From Blastocystis sp. subtype 4 (Eukaryota), in NCBI RefSeq assembly GCF_000743755.1, contig NW_014569505.1:1-48052 (forward strand): a DNA stretch of 48,052 nucleotides, written 5' to 3'. Below are positions 35,701 to 48,052 of the stretch, piece by piece. The notes under the pieces are model-generated. The model did no database searches, was not told the origin of the DNA, and worked only from the letters and a program-made list of their open reading frames with translations. Within the stretch, counting starts at the first letter, position 1, and each line of letters opens with the position of its first letter. The translations under genes and the position numbers were made by a program.

Positions 35701-38700
35701 TGAAGGTGTTCCGTGCGATGAGTCTGTTTGAATCGGATCCTGAGTTGTTGGCATTCTGCTGTGATATTATAGCTGCTTGCTTGCGAACAGTGTCTCAAGA
35801 TGATACCTTCCCTGTTCTGCTTAACAATAACTGCATGAAGTTGGTACTGAACATCTTGGAGCGTCTCTACACACACAAGGTGTTACAGAGCAGTGCTTTG
35901 CTGGTTCTCTATGAGATGGTGCAGCAACCTGAGTATCAGAATCAGTTCCTTGAGTTCAACGGTCCCGAGGTGTTTGAGAACTGTATAGTGAATGAAGACA
36001 TGTTGGATACTGCAGCTAGCAGTGCTGTGAAGGCAATGTATGTTCTCTGTCGTAGTGAGAAGATGTGCAAGGCGCTCCAACGTGAGGTTCTGCTTCACAA
36101 TCTGGTTCATATGGTGGATCTGTTCCCTGGTAACAAGCGTGTGAATAAGAATGCTGCTCTGATGTGGGAGATGGTGACTCGGAACAAGGAGATGTGTTCG
36201 CTGTTACTCCAGACTACCCTTATTGGTACCTTGGTGCGTATTCTGGGAATTTATCGTAAGGCAGCTATGCAGGCTCCGATCATGGAGACTTTACTGCATC
36301 TACTGGAGGCAAAGGAACAGGATGCTGCGATGGCTATGATCGAGAGTTCTGTTGTGGAGGCGTGTGCTACATCGTTGAAGGCCTTTGGTGTGGCTGCAGA
36401 GGTGGTTACTCCTTGTGTGGAAGTTCTGATTATGCTCTCGCATAACGAGGCTGCTGAGGTGCATCTGTTGTCAGTGACTCTTGTTCCTGATCTGATTGCT
36501 GTGATTGGAAAGGAAGGTCAGGAAGAGCGGATTCAAACACGTTGTGTGGAGTTGCTTCATATCCTGGTTCTGCAACTTCGTACATCAACACTGGCTTTGC
36601 AATCAGTTAGAGATGTGAAGGTGTTGGTGGGTGTGATCCGTGTGACTCTGAAGCATGATAAGGAGACGCTAATGAAGACTTTGTCTGTGATTCTGCGTTC
36701 GTTGCAACTAGTGGATCTGTTGTATGAGGACATTCGGGGTAGTGGTCTGTCTGAAGCAGTATGTGAGGTGTTACTACGCTACACGGGTGACGAGAGTATT
36801 GAGGAATGTTGCATTCAGATCATGGCTCTGTTAGTGGCGAATAGCGAAGCTACTCACGAAGCGTTCAAACGTCGTGATGTGGTATCGATCGTAGTGGACA
36901 ACATGCGTGTGTACAAGACCAAAACCCTACAGTTGGCTTGCTGTAAGGCCCTGGCTTTCTTATCGAAGTATATGGATGTGGTGGATTACTTGGCTATTAT
37001 GAACATATCTGGTATGCTATTGTACTGTGCGACCACCTTCAATGAAGCTGAAAATGTACTTCACTTTGCTCAATGTGTGAGCAATATCTCTGTAAACGAG
37101 GTCTGCAGTCTTCAGTTGATCCAAGATGGTGCTGTGGAAACACTTCTTCAGTTCTGTGAGAAGTACATGGAAGAAGAAAGTACATTAGAAGCTGTGACAT
37201 TGTCTGTGTATGTATTGTCTACAGATGAGCATTCTCATGAGGCGTTCGGTAAAACAGAGTGTGTATCTGTATTTGAGACAATATTGAAGAGATGGAAGAA
37301 TCGTTCCAATGATGTGATTCTGTGTAATGTCCTTCAGACCATCTTCTGTTGCTATCAGGTGGATAGTGTGATGGAAGCCTTGTGTCAGGGTGATTTGGTG
37401 AAGTTGATCATTGAAGTGATCCAAATTAACCTCTCGAAGAGTATTGCAAAGGCCTTCACTCTACTGATAAGTCGTTTGGCTGAAAATGAGACATTGCGTG
37501 TGGTTCTGGTCAAGTGTGGCGTATTGAGTTCGATTCTGGATTGCATCCGAAAGTTCCCGAAGGGTCGTACTGTGAATAGCAAGGGTTTCCGTGCATTGGA
37601 GTTGTTGAGTGCTGAGACGGAAGTGAAGGAATTCTTATTGTCAAGCAATATGATGTTTGAGTGCGTGAACAGTATTTCGAACCATCTGCATGCTGTAGAG
37701 GTCTTGTTACCAGTTTTCAATGTTATTTCGATCCTTGAAGTATATGCAGTGGAGAGTAGTCAGGAGGATACATTGCGGAATATGAATGTTTGTAAGAGTG
37801 TGGTTGAGGCCATCAGTGAGAATGGTTTTGATGTGGTATTGTTGCGCAGTGGTCTGTTGTCTCTGGAGCATTTCATTCCTTTTGATCCTGAGGGTTCTCT
37901 CTTCTACAACCACGATGCTATAGCTGTGGTGATCAATGCATTAGGTAAACTCTATGAGGAGGAGTCAACAATGGTGTCTGCCTTGCATGTGTTGCGTAAC
38001 ACGTTGGAAGTGCCTGAGGCTTCGGATATCTTCGAGCAGAATGAGGGTGTGAAGTTGATGACATCAGTTGTAGCCACGTTCTACACGTCTCTTCCTCTCC
38101 AAGTTGAGGCAATGGAGGTATACGATAAACTGTCTGGTGTGGAGGAGTTACAGAGTGTAATGTTTGAGAATCAGGTCCTTAATTATATCGTACATGCGTT
38201 GAAGAATTTCATTGCCAATCCAGAAGTGTTGATCCCTGCCGAGGAGGCGATTTGGTACCTGTGTGGCTATGAACCCGTCTGTCAGGCTTTGTTTGATTTG
38301 GATGCCGTGAGCACATTTGTGGATATCATTGTGAAGTACCCGAACCATCCAGAGGTGTTGCAGGTGACATGCAAGATTCTGAATGAGTGTTCGCGTAACA
38401 TTAACTTCATCTCTGTGGTGAGCAAATACCAGATTGTGGAGCTTATTTTGGAGGCAATTGTGGCTATGGAGGAACATCCTGAAGTGTTGGCTGTGTTGCT
38501 GCTGACGATGTTCGTGTTGGTAGATCAGAGTACGGAGCTTGCCACCATCTTTAAGGACAAGCGTGGTCCTGAGATTTTGAGCGACACATGGAAGGTTTGG
38601 GAGCAGGATGAGGATGTGATGACCTCGTTACTCCATTGTCTTACCGCCTTTGTGGGTGATGCGGATGTGATGCCTCGATTGATGACTCTGAAGTATGTGG

Positions 38701-41700
38701 AGCGCACGGCAAAGACGTTTGAGATTTTCGCTGAGAGTTCTTCTGTGTTGCGTGAATCGATGACAGCTCTGGCACGTATGGCCGCGAATGAGAAGCCCAG
38801 AAAGAAGATGCTCCAGGAGGGAGTTGTGGGTCTGGCTATTCAGGCCATGGAGCGATTCCCTAAGCAGAAGCGTCTGCTGGTAGCGGGTGCATTGGTGTTA
38901 GATGCTGTGTTCTGTCCTGAGGTGTTGGCTGAGATGGAGAACAGTTCTCTGGTGTCGACATGTGTGGAGGCTTTGTCTCGTCATGGAGAAAACGTTAGTA
39001 TGGTGAAGGCAATGTGTACTTTGTTACTGCATCTGGTGACAGTTCCTGCCTATCCTCAGTTCAAGAGCAAGAAGGCATTATCTGTCTTGATGGATGATCT
39101 GTCGATTCATATTCAGGATCTGGAGTGCTGCATTATCATTCTTCGTCTCATGGTGTCTGTATTGTTCATGGCAGTGTCTCAAGGCGAGGAGGTGTCAGAG
39201 CGTATCGTGGAGATGGCTGTAGCAATCATGAATGGTTATTTGGATGAGGAGGAGGTGCAGAAGTTGGGTATGGAGTTATTGGAGACATTTGTGCGTCAGA
39301 AGGGTGATATGGAAGCATTCTTGACGCTTGGTGGATTGGATGTGGTGGTGCGTGTGATGAAGAATGGTTCGGAATATGTTCGTTGCTCAGCTTGCAAGGT
39401 TCTGCGTGCTGCTTCGGAATCTCCTATTGTGCGGGATGCTGTAGTCCAACTGGAAGGTGTGGCAATGTTACTGTTGGTGATGAGAGAGCATTCAAAGCAC
39501 ACAGGTGTGAATGAGCACGCTGCAGCTGCTTTGGCCAATCTGGAAGTGACACCTGAAGTGTGTAAGTCAGTACTGGATCAGGATGGTTTAGCATTGCTGT
39601 TCTCTGCAATGAAGCGCTTCAAGAAGGAGGAGAATGTTGAGGCTGAAGTGTCTCGTGCTCTGGATCGACTTCTGGAGTTGGTGCCTGAGTGTCGTGTTGC
39701 ATTCTGTAAGTTCTCTCCTGTAGAAGTATTGGAGACGGTATTGAGTAACTTCTCATCGAACAGGGATGTGGCCTATAACGTTTGCGGTATGTTAAGTAGT
39801 CTGGCAGGCGAGTTGGCTCACAAGATTGGTCGATATAACCAGTCCTTGTTGAATTTGGTTGACGAGTGTCTGGAGAAGCATCAGACGGATGACTACACAG
39901 AAACTCACGTGCTTCTGGCTGTGGCTTCGTTGAGCGAGGATGAGAAGTGCCGCGATTTCTTTGTGAGCAAAGACACACATGTGCTGGTTCGCAATCTGTT
40001 GAATGAGCATCAGGAGAAGATTGAGGTCGTGCGCGCTTGCTACAAGGCTTTGCTCCAGTTTGTGAAGGTTCCTGCTTGTGTGGAACGTCTGGTGGAGGAC
40101 AACTGTATCGATTTGTCAAGCAACACACTGCATCGTTATCTGGAGGATAGTGCGTTGATGACTGATGTGTGTGATGTGTTGGTTAGTTTCGGAATTCGCG
40201 ATGAATGGGTTGAGAAGATGGATGCTGTGGGTCTGGTGAACAAGTGTGTGTTGATTCTGGGTCGCCACAGTGATTGTCGTGAGACTGTGCTCAGTAATGT
40301 CCATCTATTGCATGTGTTACATCGTCCTTGTATCCGTAAGAGCTTCGATGGTAGTAGTGTTGTGGTCCAGTTAGTCGAGTGTTCAAGCAAGTATCTCTTG
40401 GATCTCCCTGCTCTGCAAGAGATTCTGGATCTACTCGATGAGATGTGTGAGTTCGATCCAGAGCGTAATGCGTTGGGTGAGGTGGTGGCCTTCTTGGTGA
40501 AAGCAATGCGTTCCTACAGCAATGAGGAGCTGCTCCAGCGTGTGTCATGTGTGTTGATTGCCCGTGTCTCAGAGAACAAGAATAATTGGAGTGATTTGTT
40601 GAAGGGAGAGTGTGTAGAGACAGTCATCGTTGCATCAAATACCTTCCCTGACAATGCAGAGATTCAGCATCATGCACTGGAGTTCTTCTCTCGGATGGCT
40701 GAGGATGCAGAATGTCGTAACTCGCTGCGTGCTCATGATGGTGTGCGATGTGTGTTGGAGTGTATGAGTAACAATACGAAGGTGAAGCATGTCCAACAGT
40801 ATGGAGCGATGACTCTCCGTCTGTTGACAATGGAAGAGAGTGGTTCGAATTTGCTGTCTCAGAGTAAGATGGAGATTCTATTCAAGGACTATGTGGACTA
40901 TCAGAATGATGACGATGTGATGGTACCTGTGGTTGGCATCTTTGGTCACTATTCGGAGGATATTACACGTGAGTACATGAAGAATATGCTGGAGAAGTCC
41001 TTCTTAGAGGAATTGATTTTGCTGCTGCGGACACGTCGTAGCAATGCAGAGTTGCATCCTCTGTTGTATGAGTTGATATGTAATCTGGCCGAAGATAAGA
41101 CTACCAACGAGTTCTTCATGGATCAGAACATTCCTTCATTAGCAATCTGCAGTATTCGTGAGGAGGAAGAGAAGACTTATAGTGAGATGTCGGCGGATGC
41201 TAAATCTCTCTCTGTTCTGTTGATTGTGAATGTGTGTCATACCATCCGTCGTCTGTTGAAGGGTCGATCTGTGACCGCTGTTGTGACAATGAGTCTCTTG
41301 GATTTGTTCTGTAAGGCTCTGGAGATCTATCGTAAGGATGATAAGGCAGTGTTGGGATTATTGTCTCTGTTTGAGGTGTTGGCAAAGGAGCCAAGTTATG
41401 TGGATATCATGGAGAGCAATGGTGTATTGGACCGTATGCTGGCTCTGTATAAGGAGTTCATCCGATTCTGGCCGATTGAGAAGAGTCTTTTCAAGATTTT
41501 CCGTCGTATGAGTGTGGTGAAGGATGAATTGGCGGAGCATATTATCAACACAGGTGTGATTGAGGATGCAGCTCTATTGATCCAGGGTTATGCTCGTCGT
41601 ATGAAGCTGGTGAAGCAGGCCATGAAGCTATTCCTTGTGCTATTGCGTTTGCCAATGGCTTTTGCTCACTTTATCAACTCTGATATCGTTGCCTATGTGG

Positions 41701-44700
41701 TTCAGTTGTTGCCTATACATGTGGAGAATCTGAAGGTGTTGGATCTGATCACACGTACTCTGATTGAGTTGGCTCGACCGGACGTCAAGGAGAGATTCGT
41801 CACAAGTGAAGCTGTGTCTGAGGATCTAGCAGTAATGAAGAAGTATGAGGAGATGGAGAGTGTGCAAGAGTCTTGTCTGCGTTTGTTGAGTAAGTTGGTA
41901 TGGATCATTGCTGATTTCAGCGATGATATGGCCACAGAGGTAGTTGAAACGGTGTTGGTGGAGCGCAGTTACTTCAAGGAGAATCATGAGATCGCTAAAC
42001 ATACAGCAATCGTGTTCAATTATTTCGCCCAGACCTCAAGTCACAGAGCGAAGGTACAGCAGTCTGAGATTGTTCCTCTGCTCTTAGGAGCTATCAGTAT
42101 GGCTGATGATGAGGAGGCTGTGGTGAATGCTTCCGAAGCTCTAACTGCTATTCTGGTCATTGCAGAGTTGGTGGAGGTATTTGTAGAGTCAGATGGTTTC
42201 CCTGTTGCATTAGCATCGTTCGAGCGCTTCGCTTCAAGTCAGGAGGCGTGTGTGGCCGTGTTCCATATGCTGAGTGTTGTTCTGAGTGATAAGAACATCG
42301 ATCACGTAGATACAATGATCACAAGTGATGGTATTGAGAATTTGACGTTGCCAATTCAGTCCCACAATGAAGATAAGGAGTTAGTGGCTGCTTCATTGGA
42401 TGTGGCTGCTAAATGTTGCATTAGTGATATGTGGAGCACGACACTGGCTTTGATGGATCTGCCTGTGGCTGTACTGGAGACACTGAAGAAGTGGAAGGAT
42501 GAGCCTACAATTGTGTCCCCTTGTCTGGTGATCTTGGCTTGTGCTGGTAAGGAGATGGATACAGTGACAACTCTCGTGAAGAATGGTATTTATGAGGTGA
42601 CGATGGATGCACTGAAGACTCACAAGTTCAATCTGGATGTATGCAAGGGTGTGTTATTGGTCCTGCATCGTTTGACTGATATCGATGAAACACCCGAAGG
42701 TATGAAGCTGTTGGCAAAGCAGACTGCCGTGGATCTGCTGATTGATGTGATCAGTGAGTACATGGAGGATCATGAACTGGTGATCGAGGCAGTGAATGTG
42801 ATTGCGAATCTGGTGGTCAATAATGAGGTGGCTCCATTCTTCTTGAATGTCCCCGCATTTGAGACGATTGCTCAGCTAATCAGTAAGTATGCCGAGGATG
42901 ACTCGATTCTCTCAGTCGTGTTACGTATTCTCACCTTCATCAAGGATGTGGATGCTGATTGTGTATTGCGTATTCAGACTCACTTCCTGGATGTGTATGC
43001 AAGACTGCTGGAGGTGCATAAGGACAAGTTGGAGACAGTGCAGAAGGTTCTGGAGTTGGCAGAGGCTATGACTGAGCATACGGATGCTTGTGTGGAGGCA
43101 TTCCCTCATTTCATCCCTGCTGTGATTACCTGTCATGAACTCTATAGTGAGGAGAAGGACATTAACATGTTGTTTGCGAAGGTGATGTTCTATGTGAGTA
43201 AGCAATCGGCTGTGGTGGGTGAACTATTCGACAGTCAGGTGGCTTCAATGTTGCTAACCCGTCTGAAGAAGCAAAAGGAATTAGAAGAGGAAGAGATTCG
43301 TTATTTAATCTGTGCTCTGAGTTATATCATGGTTGATGATGAGTGTACCAATCACTCATTCAAGGAGATCACAACAATAGATACTGAGGAGAGTTGGAGT
43401 CTGGTTAATACGATTCTCTATGAACACTTCAAGAATGGTAAGATTAGTGCTGCTTGTTGCTTCTTGGAGTCGATATCGACAACAGAGGAAGAAGATATTG
43501 CTCGTCTGCAGGCACAGAAGGTACCTGAGCATGTGTATGATGCTGTGATTAACAATCTGGAGGTACGAAGTACGGTTCTGGGAGCCTTTACGTTCTGCTA
43601 TCGTTTGTTGATGTCAGAGTCAGGTCATCACATCCTGAATCATGATGACTGTGTGGATATGATTAGTCAGGGTATGTTAGCATTCCCCTTGGATGTACCT
43701 GTGCAATTGAAGGGAGTGAAGGTGTTGCGTGAGTATTCACTTCATAAGGAGAGTGTGGAGCAGATGAAGCAGAATGCTGCAATTGAATGTCTGATAAAGA
43801 GTCTGAATGTGGAGTCAGATGAGGTCAATACGAATGCCTTCATTGCAATGAGAAACATGTGTACAAACTCACAGGAAGTCCAGGTATTGGACTCAACTTC
43901 ATTGCCTTCTGTGGATGATGAGATCTGTCAGACTCAAGTTGTGAAGCATGTGGTGGAAGCAGTGAATCGTTGCTTGTTCCGTAAGATTGGTAGTCTTGAT
44001 GTGATGACAAATGCTCTGGAGCTGATTGTATGTCTCTCTGCTTGCAGTAAGCCTGCTGTGAGTCGTAGTGTGCAAGAACTCTTCCCATCTATGGTGGATT
44101 ACTGGCGTAGCAAGCAGGATGAGTTGGATATGTGTGTGTTGTTCTGTGCTGCATTTGCTCTTCTTGCTGTCAATAATCGTTTCCTGCCTGTAATGTTCAA
44201 TGCAGGTGTAACGGAGCTGGTGTTCCAGGTGTTGGGTAAGCATCAATGGAGTCACGAGCAGATGTTGGTGGCGATTCGTCTGTTGGCCTACTTGTCTCGA
44301 AATGATGAGGCTTCACGTTATATTGTGATGAATGGACTTCAACGTGTGATGCTGGAGTTGAATGATCATATTGACAATATTCAGATCAGTCGTACGGGTT
44401 GTCAGTTGCTGTATTCTCTGTGTGAGCGTGCTGAGCATCATGATGCTTTGTTGGCTGCAAAGGTCATTCAGTACTATCAGGCGTTGATCGCGAAGCATTC
44501 TAAGGATCGTACGATTCTGATGGAGTCGTTGAAGATCTTGGTGACGTTCTGTCGTACTCCTGCTGATGTGACCATGCTAACGAGTGAACATGTGACGGAG
44601 TCTGTATTGAATGTACTGAAGGTGAGTGTGGAGCAGTTGGACTATGAGATCATTCGAATGTGCACAGATGTGTTGATTCCTTTCACATCACAACGTTCGG

Positions 44701-47700
44701 TGCGTCCTGCCATTCTGGAAGCTGGTGTCTTTGTGACAATTCTGCCTGTGTTGCCTCATTTCGTGGAGTTGTTGTCAAGCGACCTGGTGGCGTATGACTT
44801 CCTTGCTCTGCTTCGTGTGGTCAGTAATACTGTCGGAGTAGATCTGAAGAAGGCTGGTGTGACTAGTGTGGATCCGAAGGGTGCTCGTCTGTTTGTCGAG
44901 GCAGGAGGTGTAGCAATGTTGGTGAAGCTGTTAGAGCGATACCCGTCTCAAGAGTCAGTGGATGTGATTGTGGATATTCTGCATCGTGTGGCTACTTCAG
45001 AGGATTCGTATCCGTTCTTCTGGGCTTCTTCTGAAATTTCGAAGTTCCTGCGTGTGTTCGCAAATGAGTCGGTGACACCTTCTCAGATGCGCGATCTGGC
45101 AGATACGCTCAAGATGTTGCTGCAGAGCTTGCGGAAGGATGCTGAGGTGAAGGACATGCAAGATCGTGTGAAGGCAAGTGCCATCTTTGCAAGCTTGATT
45201 GAGGATCTTCGACGTTATGTGGCTGAGGCGGAAGTGGTGAATGTGTTGTTGGAGGTAATGAGTCTGCTGTTGGGTGTGGATGCCAAGCGTTTCTGTGAGC
45301 CTGAGATTACAGATGCTGTGAAGGATGTGGTGGCTACACACGCGAGTCATAAGGCTATTTGTATCAAGTTGGCCAACAACTTGAATGTGCTTTGTGATGA
45401 GCGAAAGTTCCGTCATCAGATGTGGGTGGTAGATGTGCCTAAGCCTCTGAGCGATATCTTGTTGACACAGCCTGCTGAGGAGGAGGTGGCTATTGCAGTG
45501 CTGCCGGTCATCAACAAGCTTTGCAAGCATAAGCAAGTAGCAAAGAGTGTGGCGGATGCTCCTACTGTTACAGCCATCTTCGGTTGTATCAAGGCTGCAG
45601 ATACTGAACAGGTGTTCTATCAGGCTTGTATGACTCTGCGTCTGTTGGTGCGGAACTGTCCAGAGGCTCTTTCTCAGTTCGTGGGTGATAACTCACCACG
45701 TGCAATCTATGATGGTTTGTTTAAGTATATGAAGACGGAGTTGGTGGTTGGTATCGCTTGTCAGTTACTGCACAGTCTGCTGTCGGATAGTGCTGTGGGT
45801 ATGGATGTGTTGACTCTGGACGATGTTACTCCTATGCGCAATTTGATGGAGCAGAGCTGGTCGATGAGTGAGACTCTGGTGCGTGATGATGTGCTGAGCA
45901 TGTGTTTGGCAGGTCTGAGTGCTCTTGGTAACAAGAATGTGGAGGATCCGAAGGCCTTGAAGCGAATTGGAGCTCCTGAAGTGACCGAGCAAGTAGTGCG
46001 TGTGTGCTCGCTACACTCGCTGCGCCATTCACAGTTGCTGTTGGCTGTATTGTCATTTGCAGCAATGACAGAGAAGGGTCAGAAGGGTATGTTAGGTCTC
46101 CATGCAGTGAGTGAGTGTATGGCTGTACTAGCAGAGTTTGTCCATGATCAGATGGTGTGTGTGAATGCACTTAACACCCTGCGTCGTATGGTTTCTCTGC
46201 GTCCTGCATGTGAAGCCGTGGTGCGTGCTGGTGTTGGTTCGATTCTGGCCGCCATGCGTCTATTTGAAGAGGAGCGTGAGGTACAGCTTTATGGATTAGA
46301 GACGTTGAATGGCCTTCATGAGTATAAGGGTTTCCTGCATGCAATGGAGACCGAAGGAGGTGTGGCTGCAGTGGTTGGTTCATGGAAGCGGTTTGCTGAG
46401 GATCGGGATGTTGTTCGTGTTGGAGCAGAGGTTGTGAGCAGTCTTACGGAGTCGGAGAACTGCGGTGATGAAGTGGTTGAGAACGGCGGTGTACAGTGTC
46501 TGTTGGAAGTGATAGAGTTGTTCTCAAATGAGCGTGAGGTAATGATTCCTTTGTGCCAGTTGGTGAAGGCGGTGGCGAGTAATCCTGGTGCGAAGGCGAC
46601 AATGATCAAGGAGGATGTGGTAAGTACTTTGGTAACGGTGATCACGGCGGGTGAGAAGGAGGACGCAGAGCTGATTGGAGCTGCGGTGGCTGCGCTGATG
46701 GCATTGGTGAGTGCTCCATTCACGGACAAGAGTCTGGAGGGAACAGATATAGCTACGTTGCTGGTCAATGCTTTCCTGGTGGTTCTGGAAGTAGAGACAA
46801 GTGCAACAGATGTGGCCTGCGAGGCGTGTATGGAGAGTATTCGTGCCCTGTGTGAGAATGACCGTCAACGGGAGGAAGTGTTGACCAATGATATTGGTAA
46901 GGTGTTTGTGAAAGTGTTCAGTCGGTCTGCAAGTGATGTCCAGCTGGTGTCCAGTGCACTTCAGTTGTTAGAGGATCTATCGTTTGATGGAACAGCTCGT
47001 GGAGATCTGTGTGATGATGCTTTGGTGGCGGCTCTGTGTGTAACAATGACTCGTTATGCCCAGAGTATCCCCGTGCAGCGTGGTAGTGTAGCATGGTTAC
47101 GTCTCATGACTGTGGAGGACTATACACTGGAGTATGTGGCAACTGCAGATGTTGTGAAGGCATTATTGGCTTCTCTACGGAACTGCAGTCTCAATCAATC
47201 GATTGTGAATGATAGTTATGAGGCTCTGGCTGCGTTGTCATCGAAGCCTGAGATGGTAGAAGTGATGAACACAGAGAAGGCAGGACCATTCCTGGAGCAG
47301 CTGAATGAGAAGAGTGGTAGTGTGAAGACAGTGACTGCGTTGAATGTATTACGATCAGTATTACGTATGAAGGAGAAGAAACGTAAGCATCATCATCATC
47401 ATCACCAGGATGAGCCTGCTGAGGGTGAGGAGAAGAAGCATCGTAAGCACCGTCACCATCGTAAGGAAGGTGAAGGAGCGAAGACTACAGAGGCTGATAA
47501 GGAAGATGCTGAAGCTACAAAGGAAGGAGTTGAAGAGAGTAAGAAGCATCATAAACACCGTCATCACAGTCGTCGACATGGTACAAAGAAGAGTGCTGAG
47601 GGTGCTGAAGGAGCTGAAGGTGAGAAGAAGCATCATAAACATCATCGTTCTCATCGTTCTCGCAAGCCTGGAGAGGAGTCAAAGAGACATCGCCATCATA

Positions 47701-47765
47701 GTCACCGAGTGAAGGACAAAGCGGAGGCGATATCGGATGGGGCAGACCCCGAAGGACAGAACTAA
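17746..47765 (+). CDS. Giant (~9,960 aa) armadillo/ARM-repeat alpha-solenoid protein with a His/Lys/Glu-rich tail
   Basis: join(17746..17851,17885..17998,18032..18160,18197..18325,18355..47765); intron 2 has a NAGNAG acceptor (18028 or 18031). The stop-free 29.4-kb frame has degenerate ~42-aa units of the form GG(V/L)xx(V/L)xxMxx(F/Y/H)xxxxx(V/I)QxxGCxxLxxL throughout, like LRRK2 N-terminal/aardvark-type ARM repeats. No catalytic domain recognised. Confidence 0.85.
47370..47765 (+). repeat. Low-complexity His/Lys/Arg and Glu/Gly coding repeats at the C-terminus of the giant protein
   Basis: Five basic-His blocks (KKRKHHHHHH, KKHRKHRHHRK, KKHHKHRHHSRRH, KKHHKHHRSHRSRK, KRHRHHSHR) alternate with acidic spacers (EPAEGEE, AEGAEGAEGE). 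Confidence 0.8.
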
Positions 47766-47866
47766 GCCCTCATCCACATGCCATTAAGTGGTTCTAATGG
47801 TGTGTGGTTTTATTGCTATTGTTTTGTCTTTGGTTTGTCTTTTGCTTTATTGCATTGTTATTTGAT

Positions 47867-47874
47867 TGTTTGTT
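47867..47874 (+). terminator. TGTTTGTT poly(A) element of the giant ARM gene
   Basis: Exact motif at the end of a T-rich stretch about 100 nt after TAA. Confidence 0.65.
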
Positions 47875-48052
47875 ATAAATGAACTGTGAATGGGTGAAAA
47901 GAAGGAAGAACCATAAAAGGGGTGGGGCAACAATTCGTTCCTTTTCTTCATGAACTCGAAGGTTATTGCACTGAACTATGGTATGTTATAATTATCCTGA
48001 TGTTGAATCGATTTGAAATTGATAGGATGGAAATTAACCGATATTTAGGGTA

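Noticed and set aside
18404..47712. Many 60-270 aa antisense and off-frame ORFs over the giant gene (e.g. 34314-35126, 44997-45536)
   Set aside because: They are shadows of a G/T-skewed coding strand, giving His/Gln/Thr-rich text with no recognisable domains.
47950..48052. Possible start of another + strand gene (ATG, GTATGT..GATAG intron-like segment)
   Set aside because: Too short and cut by the window edge; the simplest splice reaches a stop.
1..48052. Prokaryotic features (operons, CRISPR arrays, IS elements, defence systems), tRNA/rRNA genes, transposons, reassigned genetic code
   Set aside because: None seen. The 12-nt LSU match at 14846-14857 is a snoRNA guide, not rDNA. TAA, TAG and TGA each appear as ordinary stops.

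Overview
This is compact eukaryotic (protist) nuclear DNA, not prokaryotic. Genes are split by many ~28-38 nt spliceosomal introns, intergenic gaps are tiny, and a TGTTTGTT element sits at gene 3' ends. That combination is characteristic of the gut stramenopile Blastocystis (inferred, not searched). Splicing by hand gives 10 protein genes, most of which the ORF track fragments or misses: a >2,120-aa modular surface protein (He_PIG Ig-like, discoidin-like and Cys-rich repeats; cut by the window edge), a HEI10/CCNB1IP1-like meiotic RING ligase, a TSG101-type UEV domain fused to a TKL-like kinase, ribosomal protein eL32, a BC-box-like LRR protein, an Mpv17/PMP22 protein, a methylglutaconyl-CoA-hydratase-like crotonase with an organellar presequence, WBP11, TRMT2A/Trm2, and a ~9,960-aa ARM-repeat protein whose last exon is 29.4 kb. 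There is also an intronic snR38/SNORD1-like box C/D snoRNA in an apparently non-coding host. Main points of interest: two convergent genes whose stop codons both appear to be made by polyadenylation from one shared palindromic TGTTTGT-T-ACAAACA element; a probable GA-AG intron in RPL32; a U12-type AT-AC intron; 5- and 8-nt microexons; the UEV-kinase fusion; and the giant ARM protein. All splice models and family calls come from manual reading and motif recall and need RNA-seq and HMM confirmation.
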